A DNA stretch of 64,000 bases, taken from contig CAVVWM010000014.1 of assembly GCA_963751955.1 (NCBI GenBank), forward strand, positions 8,680-72,679. Direction: 5' to 3'. Source of the DNA: an uncultured Acidimicrobiales bacterium. GTDB taxonomy: Bacteria; Actinomycetota; Acidimicrobiia; Acidimicrobiales; SZUA-35. Below, piece after piece: positions 29,880 to 40,500 of the stretch (positions are counted from its first letter, which is position 1; each line of letters begins with the position of its first letter). The notes below the pieces were generated by a model, which was not told the DNA's origin, made no database searches, and was given only the letters and a program-made list of their open reading frames with translations. A program made the position numbers and the translations under genes.

Positions 29880-30379
29880 TCTAACCCAGCTGTGCTGATC
29901 TAACCCAGCTGTGCTGATCTAACCCAGCTGTGCTGATCTAACCCAGCTGTGCTGATCTAACCCAGCTGTGCTGATCTAACCCAGCTGTGCTGATCTAACC
30001 CAGCTGTGCTGATCTAACCCAGCTGTGCTGATCTAACCCAGCTGTGCCGATCTAACCCAGCTGTGCTGATCTAACCCAGCTGTGCTGATCTAACCCAGCT
30101 GTGCTGATCTAACCCAGCTGTGCTGATCTAACCCAGCTGTGCTGATCTAACCCAGCTGTGCTGATCTAACCCAGCTGTGCTGATCTAACCCAGCTGTGCT
30201 GATCTAACCCAGCTGTGCTGATCTAACCCAGCTGTGCTGATCTAACCCAGCTGTGCTGATCTAACCCAGCTGTGCTGATCTAACCCAGCTGTGCTGATCT
30301 AACCCAGCTGTGCTGATCTAACCCAGCTGTGCTGATCTAACCCAGCTGTGCTGATCTAACCCAGCTGTGCTGATCTAAC
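29876..30379. repeat. 19-bp perfect tandem array, 26.5 copies (unit ctgatctaacccagctgtg)
   Basis: Read directly: 26 full units plus 10 nt, with a single substitution (T to C at 30048). Each unit contains GATC and CAGCTG palindromes and stop codons. A period of 19 is not a multiple of 3. There are no spacers. Confidence 0.97.
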
Positions 30380-30517
30380 AATGAGTGCTGGCCCAACTCT
30401 CTCCGTCACATGTTCGCAACATCTCCAATTGGGCTGCTACCCTCTCACCATCGTCTGAGCCGTGAAGTTCTTGTGACCGATCGGTAACCAATTCAGGACC
30501 AGAGGGGTCAAACAGTC

Positions 30518-31096
30518 GTGTCGAAAGAGATCGACCAACTTGTAGAGAAGGCCAGAGACGGTGACCACCGCGCCTTTGAACAACTTGTTCGAGAAACCTA
30601 TGTCGACACGTATACCTTGGCCTTCCGGTTGACCGGGGATCCAGAAGATGCACGCGATGTGGTGCAGGAGGTGTACCTGAGGGTGCACAAGAGCCTGCGC
30701 CGATTCCGTGGTGACTCGCAGTTCAAGACCTGGCTGCATCGAATCACTGCGAACTGCGCAAGCACACTTCTGGGACGGCGCACAAAGCACCGTCACGACC
30801 CGATGCCTGAAGATGCACCAATCGCCGACAACAACCCTGAGCTGGATCCAGCTGCAAGGGCAGACACCGGCGTACTGCGAAACCAACTCACTGATGCCTT
30901 GAGGGGCCTTCCCCCCAAGCTCAGCGCGGTTGTGGTTCTGCGAGATATCTACGATTTCTCACACGAAGCCATTGCCGCCGAACTCGGTATCTCAGAATCT
31001 GCTGCCAAGGTACGTCTCCACCGGGCCCGCAAGCGCCTGCGCGAGATTCTCCGTACGCACGAAGATTCTGAAGAGGCCGAGGCGCATGCAGTGTGA
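30518..31096 (+). CDS. ECF-type RNA polymerase sigma-70 family factor
   Basis: 192 aa. Region 2 (HRAFEQLVRETYVDTYTLAFRLTGDPEDARDVVQEVYLRVHK) and region 4 (AVVVLRDIYDFSHEAIAAELGISESAAKVRLHRARKRL). GTG start. Confidence 0.85.
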   Translation: MSKEIDQLVEKARDGDHRAFEQLVRETYVDTYTLAFRLTGDPEDARDVVQEVYLRVHKSLRRFRGDSQFKTWLHRITANCASTLLGRRTKHRHDPMPEDAPIADNNPELDPAARADTGVLRNQLTDALRGLPPKLSAVVVLRDIYDFSHEAIAAELGISESAAKVRLHRARKRLREILRTHEDSEEAEAHAV

Positions 31097-31448
31097 CGAC
31101 GTAATCCTTCACCTCGCACAGTCGCCCGATGAGGCGTCGAATGACTACCTTCGGTTGCCGGTGCGACATCACCTCGCTACTTGCCTGTCCTGTCAGGCGG
31201 AGCGGGCTCAGTACCGTCGACTGCACCGAGAGCTTCAGACGCTGCGCTACGACGTCGTGATGCCCGACGATCGACTACTGGTCGATGTCCTCGATAGCGT
31301 CCGTCCACCGGCAACGGTGACACAACTGAGGCCGAGCCGCCGCAAAGCGTATGTCGGCGGCATCGCTGCCGCAGCAACCGCAGGCGCAGCAGGAGCGCTC
31401 GTGCTGGTATCCAAACTCAGCTCCAAGGGTCACCGTCTAGCCGGATAG
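31086..31448 (+). CDS. zf-HC2 anti-sigma factor, single-pass
   Basis: HHLATCLSC fits Hx3Cx2C. C-terminal TM (GGIAAAATAGAAGALVLV). Overlaps the sigma gene by 11 nt. Confidence 0.7.
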   Translation: MQCDDVILHLAQSPDEASNDYLRLPVRHHLATCLSCQAERAQYRRLHRELQTLRYDVVMPDDRLLVDVLDSVRPPATVTQLRPSRRKAYVGGIAAAATAGAAGALVLVSKLSSKGHRLAG

Positions 31449-31534
31449 CCGTCCCGGTGTCTGATTCAGAGCGCTCGCTACGCCCATATCGAAGCCAGAT
31501 CGTCAGCGAGCGCTGCTATCCTTCAGCTTCCCCA

Positions 31535-31607
31535 AGGGCACTAGCTCAATTGGTAGAGCACCGGTCTCCAAAACCGGGTGTTGGGGGTTCAAGTCCCTCG
31601 TGCCCTG
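31535..31607 (+). tRNA. tRNA-Trp (anticodon CCA)
   Basis: Cloverleaf: agggcac/gtgccct acceptor, ccggt-ctCCAaa-accgg anticodon arm, ggggg-ttcaagt-ccctc T arm. 73 nt with no encoded CCA. Confidence 0.9.
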
Positions 31608-31692
31608 CTATCGGCCTACCTCAGCCAAACTTGTGGAATGCTTGTTCAACCAGAACCAGCCGCGTTGAAACCTCACGAAAGTAACTCGACTC

Positions 31693-32007
31693 ATGGCGAT
31701 GAACCGCGAACAACGGCGGCTCCTGCAGAAGCAGGGTCATCTCGATGCTGAAGGCAACCCCGTAAGCGGTGGCGGCCGATCTCGCGACGAAGCACGCGCT
31801 CCCGCCCGCGGCGAGCGAGTTGGACCAGCCCAGTACATGCGAGAGGTCAATACCGAACTTCGCCGCGTAAACTGGCCGACGAGACAAGAGGTCATCAACT
31901 ACTCCTTCGTCACTCTCCTGACGTTGTTGTTGTTCATGGTGATGGTCTCCGGTTTTGATTTTGTATTTGGCGAGGGGATCATCCAGATCCTGAAACTGGC
32001 GAACTGA
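31693..32007 (+). CDS. secE: Preprotein translocase subunit SecE
   Basis: 104 aa. [35 protein letters not shown]. Position between tRNA-Trp and nusG. Confidence 0.9.
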   Translation: MAMNREQRRLLQKQGHLDAEGNPVSGGGRSRDEARAPARGERVGPAQYMREVNTELRRVNWPTRQEVINYSFVTLLTLLLFMVMVSGFDFVFGEGIIQILKLAN

Positions 32008-32012
32008 GACCC

Positions 32013-32834
32013 ATGACTGACCTGACAAACACCGAAGCTGCTGAAGACGCACCCGTCGAGGAGCCCACTCGTGCCGACGAGCCAACTGCTCCCGACGAGC
32101 CAACTGCGAGTGTTGCTGCGAGCAAATCCTCAGTTGGATCTGACCCTGAGGAAGCAACCGGTGATGTCGAGAGCACAGAGGGACCTGCGCCAGCCCCGGC
32201 TGAGTCCGATACGGCTGGGGCTGATGAGGCCGAACCAGAACTCGACGAGACCGACCAGGAGGAGGTCCCCGAGCCCAAGGTTTCACCGTATGACCGTCCC
32301 GGCAAATGGTATGTGCTTCACACCCAATCCGGGTACGAAAAGAAGGTCAGAACCAATCTCGAGGCCCGCACGTCATCGATGAACATGGAGCATCGAATCT
32401 TCGAAGTGGTCATCCCAACCGAAGAAGTCGTCGAGTTCAAAAACGGCGAGAAGAAGGTAGTTCCCAAGAAGATGTTCCCCGGATACCTTCTGTGCCGGAT
32501 GCGTCTCGACGACGACTCGTGGTTCGTTGTGCGCAACACCCCCGGGGTCACCGGCTTCGTCGGTGCGGGCAACAAGCCTTCGCCGCTGCCTCGCAAAGAT
32601 GTCGAGTTGTTTTCGTCCGAGGCCGACGAGGCAACCGATGCTGTGCGCAAGGGTCGTCCCAAGATGGAGTACGAAGTGGGAGAGACTGTGCAGGTCAAGG
32701 AAGGCCCATTCGCCGACTTCGAGGGACAGATCGAAGAGATCAACGTCGAGCAGCTCAAACTCAAAGTGCTCGTCAACATCTTCGGGCGCGAGACCCCAGT
32801 CGAACTCGAGTTCGGCCAGGTTCGCAAGCCGTAA
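32013..32834 (+). CDS. nusG: Transcription termination/antitermination factor NusG with acidic N-terminal extension
   Basis: [15 protein letters not shown].. NGN domain and a KOW domain ([23 protein letters not shown]). About 90-aa D/E/P/A-rich N-terminus. Confidence 0.95.
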   Translation: MTDLTNTEAAEDAPVEEPTRADEPTAPDEPTASVAASKSSVGSDPEEATGDVESTEGPAPAPAESDTAGADEAEPELDETDQEEVPEPKVSPYDRPGKWYVLHTQSGYEKKVRTNLEARTSSMNMEHRIFEVVIPTEEVVEFKNGEKKVVPKKMFPGYLLCRMRLDDDSWFVVRNTPGVTGFVGAGNKPSPLPRKDVELFSSEADEATDAVRKGRPKMEYEVGETVQVKEGPFADFEGQIEEINVEQLKLKVLVNIFGRETPVELEFGQVRKP

Positions 32835-33248
32835 TTTCGCCTGCAGCGGGCCCGTTCCTGGCAACTCGTCGGCCTGACGGCCTTTGGAGTTGCTTGAGGT
32901 TCCGTTGACTTCGCTCGTTCCTGCGGGCCCACGTTCTCACTCGCTGGCGCTCGCTTCCTGGTCCCTCCGGATCTCGACCCGTACCGGGTGGCTAGCAGCT
33001 CAGATGGGGAGCGCTGTGGTCGGCCGCGGTGAGGTGCCGCCGCGCCAGCAAGGCAGCACGACGGTCCTACTCGGCTCCGTGCCAACGTGGCCGGAGCGAC
33101 CCGACCAGAGGCGTTGTGAACTGAGCCCCGACAACGGTCCCAGCACGCCTGCATTCGCCACGCACCGCTGGAGGCGAGCGCAGGCAATGCGAGCAGAAGG
33201 CTGTATGATATTCAGTCGCTCTAACACTAGAAGTTGTAGGAAGTCGCC

Positions 33249-33674
33249 ATGGCCAAGAAAAAGGTCCTTGCAGTCGTAAAGATCCAGATCCCCGCTGGCC
33301 AAGCGTCGCCAGCCCCGCCTGTGGGTACCGCACTCGGTCCCTACGGTGTCGCCATCATGGATTTCTGCAAGGACTACAACGCCCGTACCGAAAGCCAACG
33401 CGGCAATATCGTCCCGGTCGAGATCTCGGTCTTCGAGGATCGTTCGTTCAGTTTCATTCTGAAGACACCCCCTGCGGCGGCCCTGATCAAGAAGGCGGCT
33501 GGCATCGTCCAGGGTGCATCGAACCCCAAGACCGACTCTGCCGGCTCGATCACTGATGCCCAGCTCACCGAGATCGCCGAGCTGAAGATGCCCGATCTGA
33601 ACGCCTACGACATCCAGGCCGCCAAGCTGCAGATCGCTGGTACCGCACGCCAGATGGGCGTCGAGATCGTCTGA
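33249..33674 (+). CDS. rplK: 50S ribosomal protein L11
   Basis: [34 protein letters not shown].., 141 aa. Confidence 0.97.
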   Translation: MAKKKVLAVVKIQIPAGQASPAPPVGTALGPYGVAIMDFCKDYNARTESQRGNIVPVEISVFEDRSFSFILKTPPAAALIKKAAGIVQGASNPKTDSAGSITDAQLTEIAELKMPDLNAYDIQAAKLQIAGTARQMGVEIV

Positions 33675-33770
33675 TTCAACGGCTACTGCACCTAGCTCAC
33701 GCATGCGGAAGGTTCACCTCGCCCCGCCTCTGTGAATTCCGAGGGAGCCGAAAGGCGGAAGGAGCCAGAA

Positions 33771-34475
33771 ATGGCAGCAAAAGGCAAGCGTTACACCGAT
33801 GCCGCAAAGAAGTACGACCGAGACCAACTCTTCGGACCAGCTGAAGCACTAGAAATCCTCGCAGGTCTTCCATCGGCCAAGTACGACGAGTCCGTCGATG
33901 TTGTGTTCCGCCTCGGTGTTGATCCCCGAAAGGCCGACCAGATCGTTCGCGGAACCGTTTCCATGCCAGAGGGCACGGGCAAGACCGTGCGAGTTGCGGT
34001 TTTCGCCAAGGGTGAAGCCGCGACCGCAGCAAAGGAAGCAGGCGCCGATCTCGTGGGGGCCGACGACCTAGTGGCCCAGGTAGAGGGCGGAATGCTCGAT
34101 TTCGACCTCGCAATCGCAGCTCCCGACATGATGGCTCAGGTGGGAAAGCTAGGCCGTGTGCTGGGCCCTCGCGGCCTCATGCCGAACCCCAAAACCGGCA
34201 CCGTCACCCCCGACGTGGCCAACGCGGTGACCCAGTTCAAGGGTGGGACGGTGGAGTACCGCACCGATCGCTTCGCCAACGTGCATGTGTCAATCGGCAA
34301 GAAAAGCTTCACGCCCGAGTCGCTGCACAAGAACTTCGCAGCCCTGGTGGAAGAACTCAACCGAGCCAGGCCTGCATCGGCAAAAGGCCGTTACATGAAG
34401 AAGGCGTCGGTGTCCTCCACCATGGGCCCCGGCATCAAACTCGACCCCACCAGGCTCGAGGACGAACCCGCCTAG
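33771..34475 (+). CDS. rplA: 50S ribosomal protein L1
   Basis: [21 protein letters not shown].., ggaaggag upstream of ATG 33771, 234 aa. Confidence 0.95.
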   Translation: MAAKGKRYTDAAKKYDRDQLFGPAEALEILAGLPSAKYDESVDVVFRLGVDPRKADQIVRGTVSMPEGTGKTVRVAVFAKGEAATAAKEAGADLVGADDLVAQVEGGMLDFDLAIAAPDMMAQVGKLGRVLGPRGLMPNPKTGTVTPDVANAVTQFKGGTVEYRTDRFANVHVSIGKKSFTPESLHKNFAALVEELNRARPASAKGRYMKKASVSSTMGPGIKLDPTRLEDEPA

Positions 34476-34709
34476 CCATCCGGCAGCGGAATGCCGATGA
34501 TGGTTCGCTACCATCACCGGTTCACAATCTGATGAAGTTCTCGCCCTAGACCTTGGGTTTGTGTCCTTTCGGACAACACGAAGCGAGCCGTTTCGGCGGT
34601 TGAGCCCAACGAGGCGGTTTGCGAATGTCCTCACCCTCCTTTCGGTGTGTGCGGGTGTGATGCGGATCGGCGACGAATCTGCATCACCTACCCATTGAAA
34701 GGAGGTGCA
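34476..34709 (+). promoter_or_regulatory. Possible L10(L12) autoregulatory leader upstream of rplJ
   Basis: 234-nt untranslated gap with local hairpins (for example gtgtcctttcggacaac). The position matches known rplJ leaders, but I did not verify the structure. Confidence 0.3.
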
Positions 34710-35486
34710 ATGAGCACAGGAAGCACAACCACAGGCGAAGGACGTCCGGCCAGGCCGGAAAAGATAGAGGCAGTCAACGAGATTCAGGGTCGTTTCACCG
34801 ATTCTGAGGTCGTTCTGGTGTCGGAATACCGTGGACTCTCCGTGTCGGACCTGGCAGATCTTCGGATCAGCCTACGTAAGGCTGGGGGCAGGCACCGGGT
34901 GTACAAGAACACCTTGGCTCGGCGGGCCGCAGCCCAGGCTGAGCTCGACGAGTTGTTTACCGACCTACTCGTCGGCCCTACAGCCCTGACCTATTCCGAT
35001 CAAATTGATGGCGTCGATGTCGACGTCGTCTCCATCGCCAAGGCGCTGAAAGACTTCGGAAAGGCAAACGAGAACCTGGTGATCAAAGGTGGCCTTTTCG
35101 AAGGTCGCTTCATCGATGTCAGCGAGGTGAATCGACTCGCAGAGATCGAACCACGCGACGTACTGCTGAGCAAGCTGGCTGGCCTTTTGGCGGCCCCCAT
35201 GCAGCAGTTCGCTGGTCTTCTCCAGGCGGTCCCTCGGGAATTTGCCGGCCTGCTCAAGGCACTTATCGACGAAGGCGGCGCCCCGGGCGCTCCCGCTTCA
35301 GAACCGGCACCGGCCAAGGAAGAAGCGGTCGCTCCAGCTGCCGACGACACCCCCGCAGCATCAGAGGCTTCCGCCTCCGACGCTGCTGAAGAAACCGCCG
35401 CAGAGGACGCTGCACCCGCAGAAGACGCTGCACCAGAGAACACTCCCGAGGCAGACGCCGAGGGCGAGAACGAAGAGAGTGAGTAA
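34710..35486 (+). CDS. rplJ: 50S ribosomal protein L10 with long acidic A/E/P-rich C-terminal tail
   Basis: aaaggaggtg upstream of ATG 34710. 258 aa. The L10 core is followed by about 70 residues: [37 protein letters not shown]. Confidence 0.93.
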   Translation: MSTGSTTTGEGRPARPEKIEAVNEIQGRFTDSEVVLVSEYRGLSVSDLADLRISLRKAGGRHRVYKNTLARRAAAQAELDELFTDLLVGPTALTYSDQIDGVDVDVVSIAKALKDFGKANENLVIKGGLFEGRFIDVSEVNRLAEIEPRDVLLSKLAGLLAAPMQQFAGLLQAVPREFAGLLKALIDEGGAPGAPASEPAPAKEEAVAPAADDTPAASEASASDAAEETAAEDAAPAEDAAPENTPEADAEGENEESE

Positions 35487-35490
35487 CAAA

Positions 35491-35865
35491 ATGTCCAAAG
35501 AAGAAATCCTCGATGCCATCGCGAACATGAGCGTGCTGGAGCTATCAGAGCTCCTCACCGAGTTCGAAGAGAAGTTTGGTGTTACCGCCGCTGCTCCAGT
35601 GGCAGTTGCTGCGGTCGCTGCCGGCGGCGGCGAAGCTGCTGAAGCCGAAGAGAAGACCGATTTCGATGTCGTTCTCACCGGCGCCGGCGACAAGAAGATC
35701 CAGGTGATCAAGGCCGTCCGCGAGCTCACCAGCCTGGGCCTCAAGGAAGCCAAGGAACTGGTGGAGAGCGCCCCCAAGGCCGTTCTCGAAGGCGCCAACA
35801 AAGACGACGCCGAAGCCGCAAAGGCCAAGCTCGAAGATGCTGGTGGTGCAGTTGAACTGAAGTAG
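35491..35865 (+). CDS. rplL: 50S ribosomal protein L7/L12
   Basis: [31 protein letters not shown].. ..[14 protein letters not shown], 124 aa. Confidence 0.97.
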   Translation: MSKEEILDAIANMSVLELSELLTEFEEKFGVTAAAPVAVAAVAAGGGEAAEAEEKTDFDVVLTGAGDKKIQVIKAVRELTSLGLKEAKELVESAPKAVLEGANKDDAEAAKAKLEDAGGAVELK

Positions 35866-35881
35866 TTCAGCTTCTTCCAAC

Positions 35882-35912
35882 AAAAGGCCCGGTGCTTCGC
35901 ACCGGGCCTTTT
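35882..35912 (+). terminator. Rho-independent terminator after rplL
   Basis: 13-bp stem aaaaggcccggtg/caccgggcctttt with a 5-nt loop. The T-run is on the 3' arm. Confidence 0.8.
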
Positions 35913-35964
35913 GTGCTCTCTGGCCCGTGCCAGTCCCGACGCCGTAGCGTTGCTTGAACACCGC

Positions 35965-36371
35965 AAGGCTGCGGAGGGACCGAGCAGCAGGGGGGTCGTT
36001 GGGGTTTGATTGAGCGGAGCGAGACCGGAGCGACCTGGAGCGAGGAACGAGCGCGGGGGTGTGGGTGTGTAAGGCTGCGGAGGGACCGAGCAGCAGGGGG
36101 TCGTTGGGGTTTGATTGAGCGGAGCGAGACCGGAGCGACCTGGAGCGAGGAACGAGCGCGGGGGTGTGGGTGTGTAGGGCTGCGGAGGGACCGAGCAGCA
36201 GGGGGGTCGTTGGGGTTTGATTGAGCGGAGCGAGACCGGAGCGACCTGGAGCGAGGAACGAGCGCGGGGGTGTGGGTGTGTAAGGCTGCGGAGGGACCGA
36301 GCAGCAGGGGGGTCGTTGGGGTTTGATTGAGCGGAGCGAGACCGGAGCGACCTGGAGCGAGGAACGAGCGC
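35965..36371. repeat. Approximately 106-bp G-rich tandem repeat, 3.8 copies
   Basis: Units start at 35965, 36071, 36176 and 36282 (lengths 106, 105, 106, then partial). Differences are limited to one G in a G-run and one a/g change. The array ends 22 nt before the DMT start codon. Confidence 0.93.
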
Positions 36372-36393
36372 AGGCGAGCGGAGGCATATAACG

Positions 36394-37217
36394 GTGGGTG
36401 TGGTGTTCGGCCTGTTGACGGCCCTTGCGATCGGGACTTCGGACCTCTTCGGTCGACGGATCGTGCATGCTCAGAGCCCTATCACCGCTGCGGTTCCGAT
36501 GCAGTTCTTCGGAATACTCACCGCGGCGGTGACGATGGTGTTCGTGTCGAGCGACATCTCGTTGCGCGACAGCTTTTCGGCCTGCTGTCCGGTCTCGGGT
36601 TTGCTGTGGGCTTGGGGTGTTATTACACCGGCCTCAGCAGGGCGTCGTCGGCACTCATCGCACCGACTGTCGCCATGCTCAGTGCCGTCGTGCCCTTCGC
36701 CTACTCGGTGTTCCGCGGATCTGAGACCTCGATCGTCACCCTCGGTGGAGCCGCTGTCTGTGTGATCGGCCTGGCGGTGGTCACCATCAATCGGTCCGCG
36801 GTGGCGGTTGACTGGGTTGCGCTGCGGTGGGGGACCCTCTCCGGGCTTGGATATGCGACCGGCTTGATCGCCCTGATCGATGTCGCTGATCAGGCCGGCA
36901 CGTGGCCCGCAGTTGTGCAGCGCACCACGGCTTGCCTTGCCCTTGCGGTCGTGGCTGCCAAGATCAAGGTTCCGGTGTGGCCCGCTCCCAACCTCCGATT
37001 GTCAGCAGTTCTGGCGGGGATAGCGGTAGGCCTCTCGACCGTATTCTTGTTGTCGGGGCTCGAGATTGATCCGACGCCGACGGTAATCGCGTCGTCGACC
37101 TTCCCAGCCGTAACCGTTTTTGTCGGGCTGTTGGTCTATGGCGACTCGGTCCGAACCCACCAATGGTTCGGTATCGCCATTGTGATCCTCGGCATCATCG
37201 GCGTTTCGGCCGGCTAG
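36394..37217 (+). CDS. DMT-superfamily (EamA-like) transporter; frame break at the T-run 36574-36577
   Basis: GTG 36394 follows ggagg. VGVVFGLLTALAIGTSDLFGRR.. (frame 1) joins LFGLLSGLGFAVGLGCYYTGL.. (frame 0) if one t is added. About 10 helices. Confidence 0.7.
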
Positions 37218-37506
37218 TTCCTCAGGCTTGGCTGTGGGAGCTAGCGAAGCGTTTGGAGCGACTCCGAGCGCAATCAAAAGGCAGGGCGCTTGACTTTTGT
37301 GGCCCTGGTTGGTTCAATCTCGGCCATAACCGAGTGAATCTGGGATTAGTGCGTTGTGTTGTACGCGCAGGTGGCACTAGCCTTGTATCAGTCGTGCCCG
37401 CTTCGTTGACCCTCGTAACCGCCTAAAAAACGTTCCATCGTCTTCGTCGCGTCCGTTCGACCGACTCCTTGGCCACAAACTCAAGCCTTACACCAGGTGG
37501 TGACCC

Positions 37507-40500
37507 TTGCCTGCACGTACCGTTGCTCGCGACCGTTATTCGTTCGGAAAACTGGAAGAGGCATTGCCTCTTCCAGACCTAATTTCGATACAGCGTGATT
37601 CGTTCAAGTTCTTCCTAGCCGAAGGCCTCTCGAACGCGTTCCGGGATATTTCCCCGATTCGCGATTTCACCGAGACCCTCCACCTGGAGCTCGAGTTCGA
37701 TCCAGAAGACGAAGACCTCAAGCCGATTCCGAAGTACTCGGTGGAAGAGTGCCGCGAAAAGGACATGACCTACGCCGCACCGATCTTCGTTCGGGCACGG
37801 TTCATCAACGCCAACACCGGCGAGATCAAGGAACAGACGGTCTTCATGGGCGACTTCCCGATGATGACCGAGAAAGGCACGTTCATCATCAACGGCACTG
37901 AGCGTGTCGTGGTGTCTCAGTTGGTGCGCAGCCCCGGTGTCATCTTCCAACCGGGTGAACGTTTCCGTCTTCGTAACTTGGCCAAGCATCAGATGGTCAC
38001 CGGCACCATTCATCCCTATCGCGGTGAATGGATCGAGTTCGATGTCGAGCACAAGACCGGCAAGCACCCCACAGCCGGTGTTCGGGTCGCACGCAAGCGC
38101 CGGATCCCTGTGTTCACCATCCTCCGTGCCCTCGGCCTCGACGAGGAGAACGCACCAGGGTTCCTCGAGGCATTCGTGGACCACTTCGACTTCCTCGAGG
38201 GCCAGTGGGAAAAGGAAGCGGAAAACGCTCCAACCCAAGAAGAGTCATTGATCGAGATATACAAGCGAGCCCGTCCCGGTGAGCCCCAGACCGCCGAGGC
38301 AGCCCGCAGCTATCTTCGCAATGCGTTCTTCGAGACCCGACGCTACGACCTGTCTCGGGTAGGTCGTTACAAGCTGAATCGTAAGCTCGGACCCGAAATC
38401 GAGAAGCTCACCGAAATCTTCCCGATGATCGCCGGTTTGATCGAACGCCCCGAGGAGGATCAGGCGGTTCTGTCGCCGGTGGAAATCGTGGCGGCTTGCA
38501 CCTACCTGCTGCACCTCATGCAGGCCGAACCTGGCTACCGCCTCGACGATCAGGATCACTTCGCCAATCGTCGTGTCCGCTCTGTTGGCGAGCTCATTCA
38601 GAACCAGGTTCGCATCGGCCTGTCCCGTATGGAGCGAGTGGTTCGGGAGCGCATGACCACCCAGGACGTTGAAGCGATCACCCCTCAGACGCTCATCAAC
38701 ATCCGCCCGGTCGTAGCCGCGATCAAGGAGTTTTTCGGAACATCCCAGCTGTCCCAGTTCATGGATCAGGTGAACCCACTTTCGGGCCTCACCCACCGCC
38801 GGCGACTTTCTGCCTTGGGCCCTGGTGGGCTCAGCCGTGACCGCGCCGGCTTCGAAGTTCGCGACGTTCACTTCAGTCATTACGGCCGCATGTGCCCGAT
38901 CGAAACCCCCGAAGGCCCGAACATCGGCCTCATCGGCTATCTGTCGAGTTATGCCCGGGTCAACGAGTTCGGGTTCCTCGAGACGCCCTATCGCGAAGTC
39001 GTCAACGGTCGAGTGACCAACGAGATCCGCTACATGACCGCTGACGAGGAGGAGGAATACGTCGTTGCCCAGGCGAACGCCCGTGTGAGCGCCGACGGCA
39101 CATTCCTCGATGACCGAGTACTAGTGCGCCGTTCACCCCAGGCTGCTTCGCTGCATGACCTCAAGCTTCAGCTCGAACGCGACATCTTCTTCGGCGCAAC
39201 AACCGAGATCTCGTCGGTACCACCGGCTGATGTCCAGCTCATGGACGTGTCCCCGAAGCAGATCGTTTCGATCGGTACGGGCCTCATCCCCTTCCTCGAG
39301 CACGACGATGCCAACCGAGCGCTCATGGGCGCCAACATGCAGCGTCAGGCCGTGCCGCTTCTCACCCCAGAGGCCCCCTACATCGGAACCGGAATCGAAG
39401 GCCGTGCCGCCATCGACGCTGCCGACACCATCTCCGCCGAAGAAGACGGCGTGGTGGTCGAAGCTGATGGAAACGAACTGGTGCTCGAATACAAGACCAT
39501 GGGGCGGGTTGTGCATCGTCTCATGAAGTTCCGTCGCTCGAATCAGGACAGCTGCATCAACCAGAAGCTGAGGGTGAGCGCCGGTGACCGCTTCAAGAAG
39601 GGTGACCTTCTCTCCGATGGCCCCTCCACTGACAACGGTGAACTTGCATTGGGCAAGAACCTCGTCGTCGCTTTCATGCCGTGGGAGGGCTACAACTTCG
39701 AAGACGCCATCATTCTCAACGAACGCCTCGTGAAGGACGATGTTCTCACCAGCATCCACATCCACGAGCACGAAATCGATGCTCGCGATACCAAGCTGGG
39801 CCCCGAAGAAATCACCCGGGACATCCCCAACCTGTCCGACGACATCCTTGCTGATCTCGATGAGCGAGGAATCATCCGGGTAGGAGCCGATGTCGGCCCA
39901 GGCGACGTGTTGGTCGGCAAGGTGACCCCCAAGGGCGAAACCGAACTCACCCCCGAAGAGCGCCTCCTGCGGGCCATCTTCGGTGAGAAGGCACGCGAGG
40001 TTCGTGATACCAGCCTGAAGGTCCCCCACGGCGAGACCGGCAAGGTCATCGATGTCAAGGTCTTCCATCGCGATGACAGCCACGAACTGCCGCCCGGTGT
40101 GAACCAACTGGTCCGGGTCTACGTGGGCCAGAAGCGCAAGATCAGCGTCGGCGACAAACTCGCCGGACGTCACGGCAACAAAGGTGTCATCTCCCGGATC
40201 CTGCCCCCCGAAGACATGCCATACATGGCAGATGGCACGCCGGTGGACATCATCCTCAACCCCCTCGGCGTTCCTTCTCGAATGAACGTCGGTCAGGTGT
40301 TGGAAGCCCATCTCGGCTACGCCGCCCGCTGGGGTTGGAACGTCGGCGGAGAACGTGTCGGCGAAGAGCCCCTGCGCAACAATGTCAACAAGACCCGCCC
40401 CTTCACCACTCCCTCCACGCTCGTTGCCACCCCGGTGTTCGATGGTGCCAAGTGGGACGAAACCGAACTGAGCGGCGATAAGCCGACAATTCAGAGCATC

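Noticed and set aside
29876-30379. Possible CRISPR array
   Set aside because: The 19-bp units are contiguous with no spacers, the unit is shorter than typical CRISPR repeats, and no cas genes are present in the window.
12013-31534. Calling the inserted block a mobile element or genomic island with defined ends
   Set aside because: No integrase, transposase, conjugation genes or flanking direct repeats were seen. Only the position between tRNA genes and the interrupted synteny support an insertion, so it is reported as a finding and not annotated as a mobile element.
35545-36468. 307-aa minus-strand ORF spanning rplL and the 106-bp repeat
   Set aside because: It overlaps bona fide rplL in antisense. 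It stays open across repeat units of 105-106 nt (not multiples of 3), so the repeated peptide changes frame. It is not coding.
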